64,000 bases of DNA from Verrucomicrobiia bacterium (GCA_963664225.1 OY760937.1:2112001-2176000), one strand, 5' to 3'; positions 46,170-57,859 are shown, numbered from the stretch's first letter. Program-made: numbers and translations. The notes: a model not told the origin generated them from the sequence alone.

Positions 46170-48209
46170 ATGACTCAAAAATCCACTCATCTCTTTGGTT
46201 GGAATATCGTCGGGCCAGCCATCGGAGACGCGTTCCGGAAGCTCAACCCGCGGTTGATGATTAGAAACCCGGTTATGTTCGTCACCATGGTTGGAGCGGC
46301 GATGACCACTGCGGCCATTTTCACCACGACAACCGGCCACGGCTTCATCCTCCAGCTCGCCATCTGGCTCTGGTTTACGGTGCTGTTTGCGAATTTCGCC
46401 GAAGCGGTGGCTGAAGGCCGGGGAAAGGCGCAGGCTGAAAGTCTGCGAAAGGCCCGCAAAGACACCATGGCCCGGCGCCTGCGCGACGGGCGCGAGGAAA
46501 AAGTGGCCGCCCCGGATCTGCAAAAGGGCGATCTCGTGATCTGCGAGGCGGGGGACATCATTCCGGCGGATGGAGACGTGACTGAAGGAATTGCCAGCGT
46601 GGATGAAGCGGCCATTACCGGCGAATCCGCGCCGGTCATCCGCGAAAGCGGCGGCGATCGCAGCGCCGTCACTGGAGGCACACGAGTGCTCAGCGACCGC
46701 ATTGTGGTGCGCGTGACCATGGAAAAAGGCAACGGCTTCCTGGATCGCATGATTGCGCTGGTCGAGGGCGCGAGCCGCCAGAAAACGCCAAACGAAATCG
46801 CACTAACCATCCTTCTGGCAGCGCTGACGGTCATCTTCCTGCTGGTCTGTGTGGCGTTGAAGCCATTCGGTTTGTATGCCGCCACGGAATTCTCGATTCC
46901 CGTTCTGATCGCCCTGCTCGTCTGCCTGATCCCCACGACCATTGGCGGGTTGTTGAGCGCCATCGGCATCGCGGGCATGGATCGCGTGCTCCAGCGCAAC
47001 GTGCTGGCCATGAGCGGACGCGCGGTCGAAGCCGCCGGGGATGTGGATGTGCTGCTGCTCGACAAGACCGGCACCATCACGCTCGGTAATCGCATGGCCA
47101 CGGCGTTCATTCCCGCGCCCAATATCAAGCCTGAGCACCTGGCGGACGCCGCGCAACTGGCCTCGCTCGCGGATGAGACACCCGAGGGCCGCAGCATTGT
47201 GGTTCTCGCCAAGGAAAAATATGACCTCCGCGCGCGTGAAATGGCCTCTTCCCACGCATTTTTTGTCCCGTTCACCGCACAGACGCGAATGAGTGGTGTG
47301 GATTTTCCATCGCTCAACAACCAGCCATCCCGGGTCATTCGCAAGGGTGCGGCCGAAGCCATTCGGGTCCATGTCGATCGATTGGGAGGCCGGGTTCCGC
47401 AAGCTGTGGAACAACAGGTTGAGGAAGTCTCCCGGCTGGGCGGAACACCCCTGGTGGTTGCGGAAGGCCGTGATGTCCTGGGGATCATTCACCTCAAAGA
47501 TGTGGTCAAAGGCGGCATCCGCGAGCGGTTTGCACGGCTGAGAACCATGGGCATCAGAACGGTGATGATCACCGGGGACAATCCATTAACCGCCGCGGCC
47601 ATAGCCGCTGAAGCGGGTGTGGACGATTTCATGGCACAAGCCACGCCGGAAGACAAACTAAGGCGCATTCGCGATGAACAGGCCGCGGGCCACCTCGTGG
47701 CCATGACCGGCGACGGCACCAACGATGCCCCGGCACTGGCGCAGGCGGATGTGGGCGTGGCCATGAACACGGGCACCCAGGCCGCCCGTGAGGCGGGCAA
47801 CATGGTGGACCTGGACAGCAACCCGACCAAGCTCATTGACATTGTCGAGATCGGCAAGCAGATGCTCATGACACGCGGTTCGCTCACCACGTTCAGCATC
47901 GCCAATGACGTGGCCAAATATTTCGCCATCATACCGGCCATGCTCATGGTCACGTTCCCGGCCATCTCCCCTCTCAACATCATGCGCCTGCATAGTCCCG
48001 CCAGCGCGATCCTGAGCGCGGTGATTTTCAACGCCCTCATCATCGTCGCATTGATTCCACTGGCGCTTCGCGGTGTGAAATACACCCCAATGGGAGCCCT
48101 GGCCACGCTGCAACGCAACCTGCTCGTTTTCGGCCTGGGTGGCGTCTTCATTCCCTTCCTGGGTATCAAGCTCATTGATGTCCTCATCACCACTTTGAAA
48201 CTCGTTTAA
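46170..48209 (+). CDS. kdpB: K+-transporting ATPase subunit B
   Basis: [23 protein letters not shown]. Confidence 0.97.
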   Translation: MTQKSTHLFGWNIVGPAIGDAFRKLNPRLMIRNPVMFVTMVGAAMTTAAIFTTTTGHGFILQLAIWLWFTVLFANFAEAVAEGRGKAQAESLRKARKDTMARRLRDGREEKVAAPDLQKGDLVICEAGDIIPADGDVTEGIASVDEAAITGESAPVIRESGGDRSAVTGGTRVLSDRIVVRVTMEKGNGFLDRMIALVEGASRQKTPNEIALTILLAALTVIFLLVCVALKPFGLYAATEFSIPVLIALLVCLIPTTIGGLLSAIGIAGMDRVLQRNVLAMSGRAVEAAGDVDVLLLDKTGTITLGNRMATAFIPAPNIKPEHLADAAQLASLADETPEGRSIVVLAKEKYDLRAREMASSHAFFVPFTAQTRMSGVDFPSLNNQPSRVIRKGAAEAIRVHVDRLGGRVPQAVEQQVEEVSRLGGTPLVVAEGRDVLGIIHLKDVVKGGIRERFARLRTMGIRTVMITGDNPLTAAAIAAEAGVDDFMAQATPEDKLRRIRDEQAAGHLVAMTGDGTNDAPALAQADVGVAMNTGTQAAREAGNMVDLDSNPTKLIDIVEIGKQMLMTRGSLTTFSIANDVAKYFAIIPAMLMVTFPAISPLNIMRLHSPASAILSAVIFNALIIVALIPLALRGVKYTPMGALATLQRNLLVFGLGGVFIPFLGIKLIDVLITTLKLV

Positions 48210-48212
48210 GCC

Positions 48213-48806
48213 ATGAAAGATCTATTAACTGGCATTCGCAGCGCCCTGGCCGCCACTCTGGTCCTTGCGCTGGTTTGTTGCGGGCTTTATCCATTGATTG
48301 TATTTGGGATCAGCCAGGCTCTCTTCCCACACAAAGCCAACGGCAGCCTGGTCCTTGATTCCAAGGGCGTGGTCCGTGGTTCGGCCCTCATCGGCCAGGG
48401 TTTCACAGGCGCGAAATACTTTCACTCGCGCCCTTCGGCTGCTGGCAATGGGTATGATGCCACCAGCTCCGGCGGCAGCAACCTGGGGCCGACTTCGCAG
48501 AAATTGAGGGATTCGATCGCCCAAAATATCGCCGACTACCGCAACCAAAACGAGTTGGCGTCCGATGCCCCCGTGCCCGCCGACGCGGTAACCGCCTCCG
48601 CCAGCGGTCTTGATCCGCATATCAGTCCGGAATCGGCGCGGCTGCAAATCGAGCGTATTGCAAAGGCCCGCGGCTTCAATGCCGAGCAGAAGCTGTGCCT
48701 CGCGGCACTTGTGGAACAGTTCATTGAACCGCCACAACTGGGCCTTCTTGGCGAGCCGCGGGTCAATATTTTACTTCTGAACAGAGCCGTGGATGAGTTA
48801 CCATAA
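48213..48806 (+). CDS. kdpC: K+-transporting ATPase subunit C
   Basis: ANGS, YFHSRPSA, SGGSNLGP, SASGLDPHIS. Confidence 0.96.
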   Translation: MKDLLTGIRSALAATLVLALVCCGLYPLIVFGISQALFPHKANGSLVLDSKGVVRGSALIGQGFTGAKYFHSRPSAAGNGYDATSSGGSNLGPTSQKLRDSIAQNIADYRNQNELASDAPVPADAVTASASGLDPHISPESARLQIERIAKARGFNAEQKLCLAALVEQFIEPPQLGLLGEPRVNILLLNRAVDELP

Positions 48807-51489
48807 GGTTGTGCCGGACGAACGCCCCAATCCAGATCTGCTGCTGGCAGCCATCCAGAAGGAGGATGCCAGACGGCAGCGTGGCGTATTACGGGTGTTT
48901 TTTGGCATGGCGGCGGGCGTTGGCAAGACCTATGCCATGCTGGAAGCCGCGCAAAAACAAAAAGCCGCAGGGTGCGACATTGTCATCGGCTACGTGGAAA
49001 CCCACGGCCGGAAAGAAACAGATCGGCTGACAGAAGGCCTTCCATTGGTTCCTCGCAAACAGGTGGAGTATCGCGGGGTGACCTTGAGCGAAATGGATTT
49101 GGATGCGGTGCTTGCACGGCATCCCCGGGTGGCTCTGGTGGATGAACTCGCCCATACCAATGTGCCGGGTTCGCGCCATGTCAAACGGTATCAGGACGTG
49201 CAGGAGTTGCTCGAGGTCGGCATTGACGTTTACACCACTCTAAACGTCCAGCATGTGGCCAGCCGCGCCGATACCGTTCGTGCAATCTCCGGTTCCGCCA
49301 TTCAGGAAGTGGTGCCCGACACCGTGCTCGATGCCGCCGAAATCGAGCTGATCGACATTGCGCCCGAGGAACTGCTCAAGCGGCTCGATGAGGGCAAGGT
49401 CTATCTGCCGGACCGGGCGGAGGCGGCCCTGTTCAATTTCTTCCGGGAGGGAAACCTCACCGCCTTGCGTGAAATGGCGCTGCGCCTGACTGCGGAGAGG
49501 GTTGGGCAGGACGTGCGGGATTACATGCAGGCCATGCAAATCTCAGGCCCGTGGAAGTCAGGACACCGCTTGCTCGTGGCGGTCAGTCCCAGTCCATTGT
49601 CCGCCCAGTTGGTCGGGTGGACCCGCCGCCTCGCCGACAGCCTGGACTGCCCCTGGGTCGCGGTTTACGTGGAGTTGCCACGGATCCTCAATGAACCGGA
49701 ACAGACCCGTCTGACACGCAACCTCGCGCTGGCCCGTGAACTGGGGGCTGAAGTGATCACCACCACGGATGCCGATGTGGTGCGCGGTGTCCTGCGGGTG
49801 GCCCGGCAGCATAATGTCACCCAAATCGTGGTGGGCAAATCGGGTGAGCATCCCATCCGGGAATTTCTGCGGGGCGGCTCAATGCTCCTCCGCATGGTCC
49901 GCGAGAGTGGTGACATCGACATCCACGTCGTCCGCGCCGAGAAAATCGACAAGCCCGCCGCGCATTCATTGTGGCGATTTCCTTCGCAGCCCGATTGGCA
50001 TCAATACCTGGCTTCTCTCGGAGTAATCGCCACTGTGGGCCTTCTGAATGCCTTGCTCGATCCATTGCTCGGGCACAGGGTGGTGGGGCTGATTTTCTTG
50101 ATGGCTGTGGTGGGCCTGGCGCTGTTTGTGGGGCGCGGACCCGTGGTCGCCGCCGCCACGTTGAGCGCCCTGGTCTGGAACTACTTCTTCCTGCCGCCGC
50201 GTTTCACACTTCGCGTCAGCAGTTTCGAGGATGTGCTGATGCTGGCGATGTACTTTGTGGTCGCGCTCGTTCTGGGACAACTCATCGCGCGCATCCGCAC
50301 CCAGGAACAGGCGGAACGCGTGCGGGAGGAAAGAGCCATCGCCTTATATCTGCTGACACGGGAACTGGCCGACGCCGCGAGTCTGGAGGAACTCGTGCGT
50401 CGTGTGGTTCAGCATGTCACCGAGGCCTTCAAGTCACCAGTTGCCCTGTTGCTCGCCGAGACACCGGGCAAACTCGCGCCCCAGGCCCATCCGCTCAGCA
50501 CCTTTGCGCCTTCGGAAAAGGAGCACAGTGTCGCGGCCTGGGTTTTTCAGCACAAACAGCCCGCAGGAAAGTTGACCGATAATCTGCCACTGTCCGAGGC
50601 ATTGTATCTGCCGCTGACAACCACCAGCGGCAGTATCGGCGTCATCGGAGTTCGCCTGAACCAATCCTCTCCCCTCTCCATGCAGCAACGCAATCTGCTC
50701 GATGGCTTCACGCGTCAGATTGCCCTCGCCCTGGACCGGCAGCGCCTCCAGGAAAGCTCTGAAAAGTCCAAGGTGCTCGCGGAATCCGAACGCCTGAGCA
50801 AGACGTTGCTCAACTCCATCTCCCATGAGATGCGCACCCCCATCGCGGCCATCACCAGCGCCGCCAGCAGTCTGGGCGACTCCGCGGTATCGGGGGAACC
50901 TCGGTTGCAGCGAACCATGCTGGCCGAGATTCAGGAGGCGGCCCGCAGGCTCAACCGGCTCGTGGGCAACCTCCTCGACATGTCACGCCTGGAATCTGGT
51001 CATGTCAAACCCAGGCTCGATTGGTGCGAGGTGTCGGATCTCGTCAACGTTGCGATGAGGCAATCGGAAAAGGAATTGGTCTCGCATCCCGTAACCGTCG
51101 ACATCCTGCCGGGCCTGCCCCTGGTGAAGATGGACTTTGTTTTAATGCAGCAAGCCTTGACCAATCTGCTCTTGAACGCGGCGGTCCATACTCCGCCAGG
51201 CACCGCCATTCATTTGAAGGCAATGGTTGAGAATGGCGCCCTGGCCTTGTCCGTCTCGGACCGCGGTCCCGGATTGCCTGCCGAAGACCTGGCGCGCGTG
51301 TTTGAAAAATTTTATCGCGCCCCCGCCGCTCCGGCCGGAGGCACGGGCCTGGGCTTGTCGATCGTGAAGGGATTTGTTGAAGCCCAGGGCGGCACCGTAA
51401 GCGCGGAGAACCGTCCCGGTGGCGGAGCCGCATTCGCTTTGCGCATCCCACTAAATGAGCCCCCGCCTCCGGTTGAATCTGACACATGA
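48793..51489 (+). CDS. kdpD: Sensor histidine kinase KdpD
   Basis: GVGKTYAML, DELAHTN, USP domain, four TM, SHEMRTP, GTGLGL. Confidence 0.96.
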   Translation: MSYHKVVPDERPNPDLLLAAIQKEDARRQRGVLRVFFGMAAGVGKTYAMLEAAQKQKAAGCDIVIGYVETHGRKETDRLTEGLPLVPRKQVEYRGVTLSEMDLDAVLARHPRVALVDELAHTNVPGSRHVKRYQDVQELLEVGIDVYTTLNVQHVASRADTVRAISGSAIQEVVPDTVLDAAEIELIDIAPEELLKRLDEGKVYLPDRAEAALFNFFREGNLTALREMALRLTAERVGQDVRDYMQAMQISGPWKSGHRLLVAVSPSPLSAQLVGWTRRLADSLDCPWVAVYVELPRILNEPEQTRLTRNLALARELGAEVITTTDADVVRGVLRVARQHNVTQIVVGKSGEHPIREFLRGGSMLLRMVRESGDIDIHVVRAEKIDKPAAHSLWRFPSQPDWHQYLASLGVIATVGLLNALLDPLLGHRVVGLIFLMAVVGLALFVGRGPVVAAATLSALVWNYFFLPPRFTLRVSSFEDVLMLAMYFVVALVLGQLIARIRTQEQAERVREERAIALYLLTRELADAASLEELVRRVVQHVTEAFKSPVALLLAETPGKLAPQAHPLSTFAPSEKEHSVAAWVFQHKQPAGKLTDNLPLSEALYLPLTTTSGSIGVIGVRLNQSSPLSMQQRNLLDGFTRQIALALDRQRLQESSEKSKVLAESERLSKTLLNSISHEMRTPIAAITSAASSLGDSAVSGEPRLQRTMLAEIQEAARRLNRLVGNLLDMSRLESGHVKPRLDWCEVSDLVNVAMRQSEKELVSHPVTVDILPGLPLVKMDFVLMQQALTNLLLNAAVHTPPGTAIHLKAMVENGALALSVSDRGPGLPAEDLARVFEKFYRAPAAPAGGTGLGLSIVKGFVEAQGGTVSAENRPGGGAAFALRIPLNEPPPPVESDT

Positions 51490-52187
51490 ACGAAAATCCC
51501 GCTGTAAAGTCCACGGTGCTGGTCGTTGACGACGAACTCCAGATTCGCCGCCTGTTGCGCGTCACCCTTGAGGCCCATAACTACCGGGTTCTGGAGGCCG
51601 CGAGTGGCCAGGAGGCGATCACCGAGGCCGCCCAGCGCCGGCCTGACCTGGTCGTGCTCGATCTGGGCCTTCCCGATTTGGACGGTGTGGCGGTGCTCAA
51701 ACGGCTCCGTGAATGGAGTCGCGTTCCTGTCGTTGTGCTTTCGGTGCGCGATCGCGAAGAGGACAAAGTGGCTGCACTGGATAACGGGGCGGACGATTAC
51801 GTGACCAAACCTTTCAATACCGCAGAGCTTCTGGCGCGGCTGCGGGTCGCCCTCCGCCATGCCCAGCCAATGCCGGAGCAGAGTCTGTTTCGGTCTGGGG
51901 CGCTTGAAGTGGACCTGACCACTCGTGTGGTCAAACGCAACGGCAGCGAGGTCAAGCTCACCGCCACTGAATACGGACTCTTGCGGTTGTTTGTACAGCA
52001 CGCCGGAAAAGTGCTCACCCACAAATTCATACTTCGCGAAGTCTGGGGGCCCAACAATGTGGAACACACGCACTACCTGCGGGTGTACATGACCCATTTG
52101 CGCGAAAAGCTCGAAACCAACCCGGCGCAGCCTGAACTATTCATCACCGAATCGGGAGTGGGCTACAGGCTGATCGAGAAGGAATGA
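51486..52187 (+). CDS. kdpE: Response regulator KdpE
   Basis: LDLGLPD, GADDYVTKPF, HYLRVYM, GVGYR. Confidence 0.95.
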   Translation: MNENPAVKSTVLVVDDELQIRRLLRVTLEAHNYRVLEAASGQEAITEAAQRRPDLVVLDLGLPDLDGVAVLKRLREWSRVPVVVLSVRDREEDKVAALDNGADDYVTKPFNTAELLARLRVALRHAQPMPEQSLFRSGALEVDLTTRVVKRNGSEVKLTATEYGLLRLFVQHAGKVLTHKFILREVWGPNNVEHTHYLRVYMTHLREKLETNPAQPELFITESGVGYRLIEKE

Positions 52188-52312
52188 GCCGACATGCGCA
52201 TAAGGGGTGCGTGTTTGATAACTTTTGCAGCAGGGAAAGCATCCACACCCAATGTTATTCCATTGGGTGTGGATGCCTGGAAGTTCTGCGGTTTAAATAA
52301 TTTGTGTGGCGA

Positions 52313-53059
52313 TCAGTCGCCGCCGTGCTTTCGCACGTTCACGCCAGGTTGGTCCCCCCGGTTTTCGCCCCTCTCATTTTCGCCGAGTTGCAGGCTCGTG
52401 CCCAGCAGTGGGATCGTCGTTGTTTTGGCGGACGCACTGTAGTTTTTGACCAGCCCATACGTCCATGTGCCGAGCATCAGGAGCACCAAAGCAGCCACCA
52501 TCGGACGTGCCGATGCAATGGCGAATGAGGAATCGCAGTCCTTCTTCCCGCTGATCATGCTCATGGTGATGTTTTCCCGGTGGCGGATACTATGGAAGAT
52601 CACCCCCGCCACATGCGCTACAACCACGGCAATCATGGAATAAGTCATCAACTCATGGGCTTCTTTGAGATCCTTGTAACCCAGAGACAACATGATGCCG
52701 CTGATGGAGATTCCGAGCACCAGCGCGAGCATCGCGAAGATAGCATAGGCGGAGCCTGGGTTATGCCCAATATGGCGCTTACCACCTCCACCGAAGGCTT
52801 CCTTCAAATACGCAATAACCGCACCTGGTCCGAAGAGGAAGGAGGTGAAGCGCGCGTGCCGGGTGCCGAAGAAGCCCCACATCACGCGAAGAACGACCAT
52901 CAACGCAAGGGCAAGCCCGATGATGGCGTGCCAGGGGAACAGGCTGCCATCCCCCTCAGTCAATAATGCAATCATGGCCGCGGCGATGAAGCCCGCGGTG
53001 AGCAGCCAGTGAAAGAGTCGAGTTGGCAGGTCCCAAATGAGGGTGAGCTTGGGATTCAT
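52313..53059 (-). CDS. Cytochrome b/b6-domain (Ni-hydrogenase cyt b-like) membrane protein
   Basis: WDLPTRLFHW, GHNPG, conserved His residues in TM helices. Confidence 0.88.
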   Translation of the reverse strand: MNPKLTLIWDLPTRLFHWLLTAGFIAAAMIALLTEGDGSLFPWHAIIGLALALMVVLRVMWGFFGTRHARFTSFLFGPGAVIAYLKEAFGGGGKRHIGHNPGSAYAIFAMLALVLGISISGIMLSLGYKDLKEAHELMTYSMIAVVVAHVAGVIFHSIRHRENITMSMISGKKDCDSSFAIASARPMVAALVLLMLGTWTYGLVKNYSASAKTTTIPLLGTSLQLGENERGENRGDQPGVNVRKHGGD

Positions 53060-53061
53060 GA

Positions 53062-54336
53062 TTAAATTCCTTTTACATCATAGCACATCAAAGCGCCGCC
53101 ATGCCGGAGATAGAGCCTGCCGTTGGCCACGACCAAATGAGCCCAATGCGATCCCTCCCCCTGGGTCACATCGAAAGAACCCACCACCTCGCATTTCTCG
53201 GGTGATGCCTTCATCAGACCCACCTTGCCGTCCTCGGAGTAACAATACAACATTCCATCGGCATAGATAACTGAGCCGCCCTTTCCAACTCCCGGAGATT
53301 CCCATGCCAGTTTGCCCGTCTTCAATTCGACGCACGACCACTTGCCGCCCGCCTTCTGGTGGCTGGAGGCGAAGACGTATCCATCCACCAGGACAGCCTG
53401 TCCGTGAATGGGATCCTGCCGGGGTTGTTCCCACAGCGGTCGAACACTGTTTCCATCGTCGGCAATCTTCAGGCCGATGGCGCCTTTGCCATAGCCGCTG
53501 GTGACGTAGAGCAGACCTTCGTGGTAGATCGGCGTAATGGGATGATTCTGCCGGGGGTTTTCATACGGATACTGCCAAAGCACCCTGCCCGTCTCAGGGG
53601 AGAATGCGACCACGCCCGATTCCGTCATTGTCACTACCATGCGCTTGTTTCCGTGATTTATCAGCAGTGGGGAGCAAAAACTCGATCCCTGCCCCAGTGC
53701 CGGACTGACCCACACCTGCCTGCCGGTTTTGCGGTTCAGGGCAACCATTGTCGCCTTCTTGCCGCAGGGTGTGCAGAAGAGATTTTCCCCGTCCACCAAC
53801 AGGCTTTCCGCATATCCCCACTGGACTTGTGACGCGTCGTATTCCGCGAATAGCTTTTTGGACCAGACTGGCGCTCCGGTGGCGGCGTCAAAACAGGCCA
53901 CGTTTCCCACGCCGCTGGCAATATAAACCAAACCCTCGTAAACGGTGGGAATACTGCGCGCGCCCGGATGGCTGGTGCTCCACTCCGGTCCATAACTGGC
54001 TTTCCACTTCTCCCTGCCATCCAAGGTTAAAGCGCGAAGGATGCCTGACTTTCCCTCCAAGCCGGACACGTAGATCAGACCGCCTGAGACAGCGACATGG
54101 GAGAATCCCGCCCCCAGGTCTTGCACGCTCCAAAGGAGTTTTGGGCCGGCTTCAGGCCAGCGCGCCAGCAAATTCCGCTCAGTGCCTTTGCCATCGCGGT
54201 TTGGACCCCGGAATTGAGGCCAGTCACCCGCCTTGGTGGAATACTGGATCACGATCAAGAATGTGACGATCAGAAGTGAAAGGCGCCCGAGTATGGGCGC
54301 ATCGATTGGTTGGGATCCTCGATTCATTGTATTCAT
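53062..54336 (-). CDS. PQQ-like beta-propeller (BamB-like) secreted protein
   Basis: DWPQFRGPNRDG, repeated xTGxxxW blades. Confidence 0.88.
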   Translation of the reverse strand: MNTMNRGSQPIDAPILGRLSLLIVTFLIVIQYSTKAGDWPQFRGPNRDGKGTERNLLARWPEAGPKLLWSVQDLGAGFSHVAVSGGLIYVSGLEGKSGILRALTLDGREKWKASYGPEWSTSHPGARSIPTVYEGLVYIASGVGNVACFDAATGAPVWSKKLFAEYDASQVQWGYAESLLVDGENLFCTPCGKKATMVALNRKTGRQVWVSPALGQGSSFCSPLLINHGNKRMVVTMTESGVVAFSPETGRVLWQYPYENPRQNHPITPIYHEGLLYVTSGYGKGAIGLKIADDGNSVRPLWEQPRQDPIHGQAVLVDGYVFASSHQKAGGKWSCVELKTGKLAWESPGVGKGGSVIYADGMLYCYSEDGKVGLMKASPEKCEVVGSFDVTQGEGSHWAHLVVANGRLYLRHGGALMCYDVKGI

Positions 54337-56936
54337 ATGGTTGATTTTATTGGCCTTCGGTAATAGCAATACTTAAGCAATTCGAAGCTGGCGACGCAAC
54401 CCAGGCCTGCTGCCAGACAGATGGCAATATCCCGGGGATGCAACGGCGCAAATAGGAAGATTCCGCGCAGGGCAGGCAGCGACAGCACCACTGATAGGAA
54501 GAGGGTCGCGCCACCCAGAACCCACCACATCGCTCCATTGGCAATCCGCAAGGTGGTGAAGATGCTTTGGATTCGCGAACGGTTGCTCAGGATCAGTCCC
54601 AGATTGCCGATGATGAGCGTGGTGTAACACATGGCGCGGGCCTCCTTCTCTCCGCCACCCTGTGAATGGAAGATGCCGAAGACCGCCAGCACAATGGCCA
54701 GCATTATCATGCCCTGGATGACGCTGAATCCGATGCTTCTGCGGCTGAACAGCGGCTCGCGCTGATTACGCGGATGGCGTTGCATGAGGCCGGGCTCCTC
54801 TTTTTCGGCCTCGAAAATGGTGGAACAGGCCGGATCAATGATCAGCTCCAGAAACAGGATATGCACCGGCAGCAGAACCATTGGCCACTGAAACAGCACC
54901 GGCAGCAGGGACATCCCGGCGATCGGCACATGAATCGCGAAGATATAGCCAATCGCCTTCTGGATGTTGTCATAAATCCTCCGCCCCAGTTTGATCGCAT
55001 GCACGATGGATGAAAAATCGTCATCCAACAGGACCAGCGATGCGGATTCCCTGGCCACGTCCGTGCCCCGGCCGCCCATGGCAATTCCAATGTGCGCGGC
55101 CTTCAAGGCCGGTGCGTCATTGACGCCATCGCCTGTCATGGCCACCACCTCTCCGTTCGCTTTGAGAGCCTGGACGATCCGCAACTTCTGTTCCGGCACC
55201 ACTCTGGCAAACACGTTGACGTCTCCAATGCGCTTGCGCAGTTCGGTGTCATCCATGGCATTCAATTCCGGCCCGGTCATGACCTCGCCATTGGGCAAAC
55301 CAATTTGGCGTGCGATGTTCAGCGCCGTGCCCGGATAGTCGCCTGTGATCATCACCACCCGGATGCCGGCGGTGTGACACTCGCGGATTGCCTCGGCCAC
55401 CGTGGGTCGAACCGGGTCCGCCAAACCTATCAGGCCGATGAATTCAAACGAAAAATCATGTTGCGCCCCCGGCAGTTCATTCTGGTGGTTAAAGCGCGCC
55501 CGCGCCACGCCAAGCACCCGTAGCCCATCCTGCGCCATGGCTTCAATTTGCCCCGCGAGTTCCCGGGTTTGCACCTCTGTGAAATGGCACAAATCTGCGA
55601 TGGCCTCGGGCGCGCCCTTGGCCGCGATCAGATAATCGTCTCCCGTCCGGGCCTTCCAGACTTGGGAAAGAGCCAGAAGTTTGGGCGATAGCGGGTATTC
55701 GCGAATGAGTTCCCAGTCTCCGTGCAGATGTTCCGTTTTTCCCAGGAAAGTATTGCCCACTTGGTGGATGGCCTTTTCCATGGGATCGAAAGGATCGCGC
55801 TGGCTGGACAGAATGCCAAACTCCACCAACTCGTGAAAGGACTCCGGCAGATCGCCAACCGCACCGGCATTCTGTAAATCAATGGTCCGGCCGTGCCCGG
55901 CCAGACGACCCACGGTCATTTGGTTCAGCGTGAGCGTGCCCGTCTTGTCAGTGCATAATACGGTGGCTGAACCAAGGGTCTCGATGGCAGGCATGCGGCG
56001 GGTCAGAACACGCTTGCGCGAGATTCGCCACGCGCCCATGGCCAGGAAAATCGTCATCACTACCGGAAACTCCTCCGGCAGCATGGCCATGGCCAGGGTG
56101 ATGCCCGCCAGAAAGCCCTGGAGCCAATCCCCCCGTGTCAGTCCAAAGACCACCACCACGATGGCGCATAAGCAAAGGGCCACAATCGTCAGCAGTTTGA
56201 CCATCCGCCCGGTCTCTGTCTGCAAATGCGTCCGTTCCTGTTCAACGGTCTGGAGGGCCTTGCCAATCTTGCCAATCTCAGTCTGCGCGCCAATGGACTG
56301 CACTTCCGCAATCCCCTGCCCCTGCACCACCAGCGTGCCGGAAAAAATGAACGGCGTGTCATCGCCTCCGGGACGGGCCATCGCCGGGGGATCTTTCTCG
56401 CCGCCTTCCCCCGCCTGCTTGCGCACCGGCACGGATTCTCCAGTCAACAGCGATTCATCGACTGCAAGGTTGGTGGACTGCCTTAGCCAGCCATCCGCAG
56501 GCACGCGATCTCCCTCCCTGACAATCAACACATCCCCCCGCACGACATCGCGCCCCGCGATGCGTATCTGTTGGCCGCCGCGAATGACCGCGGCGCGCGG
56601 GCTGGAAAGATCCCGCAGGGCCTCCAACGCTCTTTCTGTCTTTCGTTCCTGATAGAGTGTGATCCCCATCACCACAAACACAAACCCCATCAGCATCAAG
56701 GCTTCTTCCCTGTCCCCCAAAAGCAGATAGATCACCCCGCAGGCAACGAGCAGCAGGAACATGGGCTCCCGGACCACCTCCCAGGCAATGAGTAAAATGT
56801 TGCGGGGCTTTGCGGACGGCAACTCATTGGCGCCTTCGGCCTTCTGTCGGGAGGCGGCCTCGCTCTCCGAAAGCCCCTGCAGGTGCTGGGGAACGGCATC
56901 GGTGGAGACGATTTCTTTCATGCTTGCGGCTGTCAT
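54333..56936 (-). CDS. Cation-transporting P-type ATPase (type II-like)
   Basis: TGES, PEEF, DKTGTLT, KGAPE, MITGD, GDGVNDAP. Confidence 0.95.
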   Translation of the reverse strand: MTAASMKEIVSTDAVPQHLQGLSESEAASRQKAEGANELPSAKPRNILLIAWEVVREPMFLLLVACGVIYLLLGDREEALMLMGFVFVVMGITLYQERKTERALEALRDLSSPRAAVIRGGQQIRIAGRDVVRGDVLIVREGDRVPADGWLRQSTNLAVDESLLTGESVPVRKQAGEGGEKDPPAMARPGGDDTPFIFSGTLVVQGQGIAEVQSIGAQTEIGKIGKALQTVEQERTHLQTETGRMVKLLTIVALCLCAIVVVVFGLTRGDWLQGFLAGITLAMAMLPEEFPVVMTIFLAMGAWRISRKRVLTRRMPAIETLGSATVLCTDKTGTLTLNQMTVGRLAGHGRTIDLQNAGAVGDLPESFHELVEFGILSSQRDPFDPMEKAIHQVGNTFLGKTEHLHGDWELIREYPLSPKLLALSQVWKARTGDDYLIAAKGAPEAIADLCHFTEVQTRELAGQIEAMAQDGLRVLGVARARFNHQNELPGAQHDFSFEFIGLIGLADPVRPTVAEAIRECHTAGIRVVMITGDYPGTALNIARQIGLPNGEVMTGPELNAMDDTELRKRIGDVNVFARVVPEQKLRIVQALKANGEVVAMTGDGVNDAPALKAAHIGIAMGGRGTDVARESASLVLLDDDFSSIVHAIKLGRRIYDNIQKAIGYIFAIHVPIAGMSLLPVLFQWPMVLLPVHILFLELIIDPACSTIFEAEKEEPGLMQRHPRNQREPLFSRRSIGFSVIQGMIMLAIVLAVFGIFHSQGGGEKEARAMCYTTLIIGNLGLILSNRSRIQSIFTTLRIANGAMWWVLGGATLFLSVVLSLPALRGIFLFAPLHPRDIAICLAAGLGCVASFELLKYCYYRRPIKSTI

Positions 56937-57094
56937 AACTTTACTAAACTAAAAATGGAACGGTCACTGGTCGGAATGCCGCAAACAACTGGATGCGGCT
57001 GGCAAAATTGGATTCGAGATGGGAACCGGACGAACTCTGGCGCCCAACTCTTTGACAGAGAAAGCGGCAGCTCAACAGTGGAACTCAGCTCGAG

Positions 57095-57481
57095 TTAAGC
57101 GTGGAAGGACGGAGCGCGTGGAGCCAGCGCCGTGCGCCAATGAAACTGCCAGCCCCGGGGCAGCAGTGAAGACTCCGCATCCAGTTTGGAAACCTCCGGT
57201 GATGGAGCCATCGCATGTTGCGCCGAAACAAAGAAATCTTCTTTCGCTTCCGCCCTGAATTCCTGCGCCGCGCAACCATTACAACCGTTTGGCAAACGGA
57301 ACTTGACCTCGTACGAACAACCCGATTTGGGTGTTGAGGAGGGATCGTCCTGGGCAACGGAAAACGAAGCGCAGCAACCATCCTGTGGCATGATCCCCAA
57401 GACCTCCAGCGGGCAAAGCATCCCGTTGGCCACGGTAAGGACGGCCCACAATGCAACCAGGATTAACTTTAGCTGAAGCAC
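57095..57481 (-). CDS. Cys-rich DUF2946-like leader protein ending in RAPS
   Basis: N-terminal TM/signal, CC and CxxC, C-terminal WQF..RTALAPRAPS. Confidence 0.6.
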   Translation of the reverse strand: MLQLKLILVALWAVLTVANGMLCPLEVLGIMPQDGCCASFSVAQDDPSSTPKSGCSYEVKFRLPNGCNGCAAQEFRAEAKEDFFVSAQHAMAPSPEVSKLDAESSLLPRGWQFHWRTALAPRAPSFHA

Positions 57482-57859
57482 GCTCTCAACATGCAGGACC
57501 CCTGCAAAATATTCAACCCCTTATCCACCATTGGCGGTCAAACTCTTGTTTTCTCGATTATTCTCGGGGATGAAACCTTGCTTCCAGCGCCACCAAACCA
57601 CCGTGCGGATGACGCACGGTGTCAATCCCCGGTTAAGTTGTCGGTTGGTTAAGCCCCGTGGTTCCATTGGCTGGCCACCGTGCGGCATTGACCCCGCCCC
57701 TTGAGCCGGAGTTGATGCTGGGTCATTCTGCGCTGGAACTGCTTCTTGAGGTTCCCGGCGAGCTTGCGCCATGCAGCCGTGAGCGTGTGGTCACGGGCAG
57801 TGGCGTGGATATCCGGCCCAGGCACAGCCAGATGGGCGGAAACAGAAAAAGCGGGTGCC

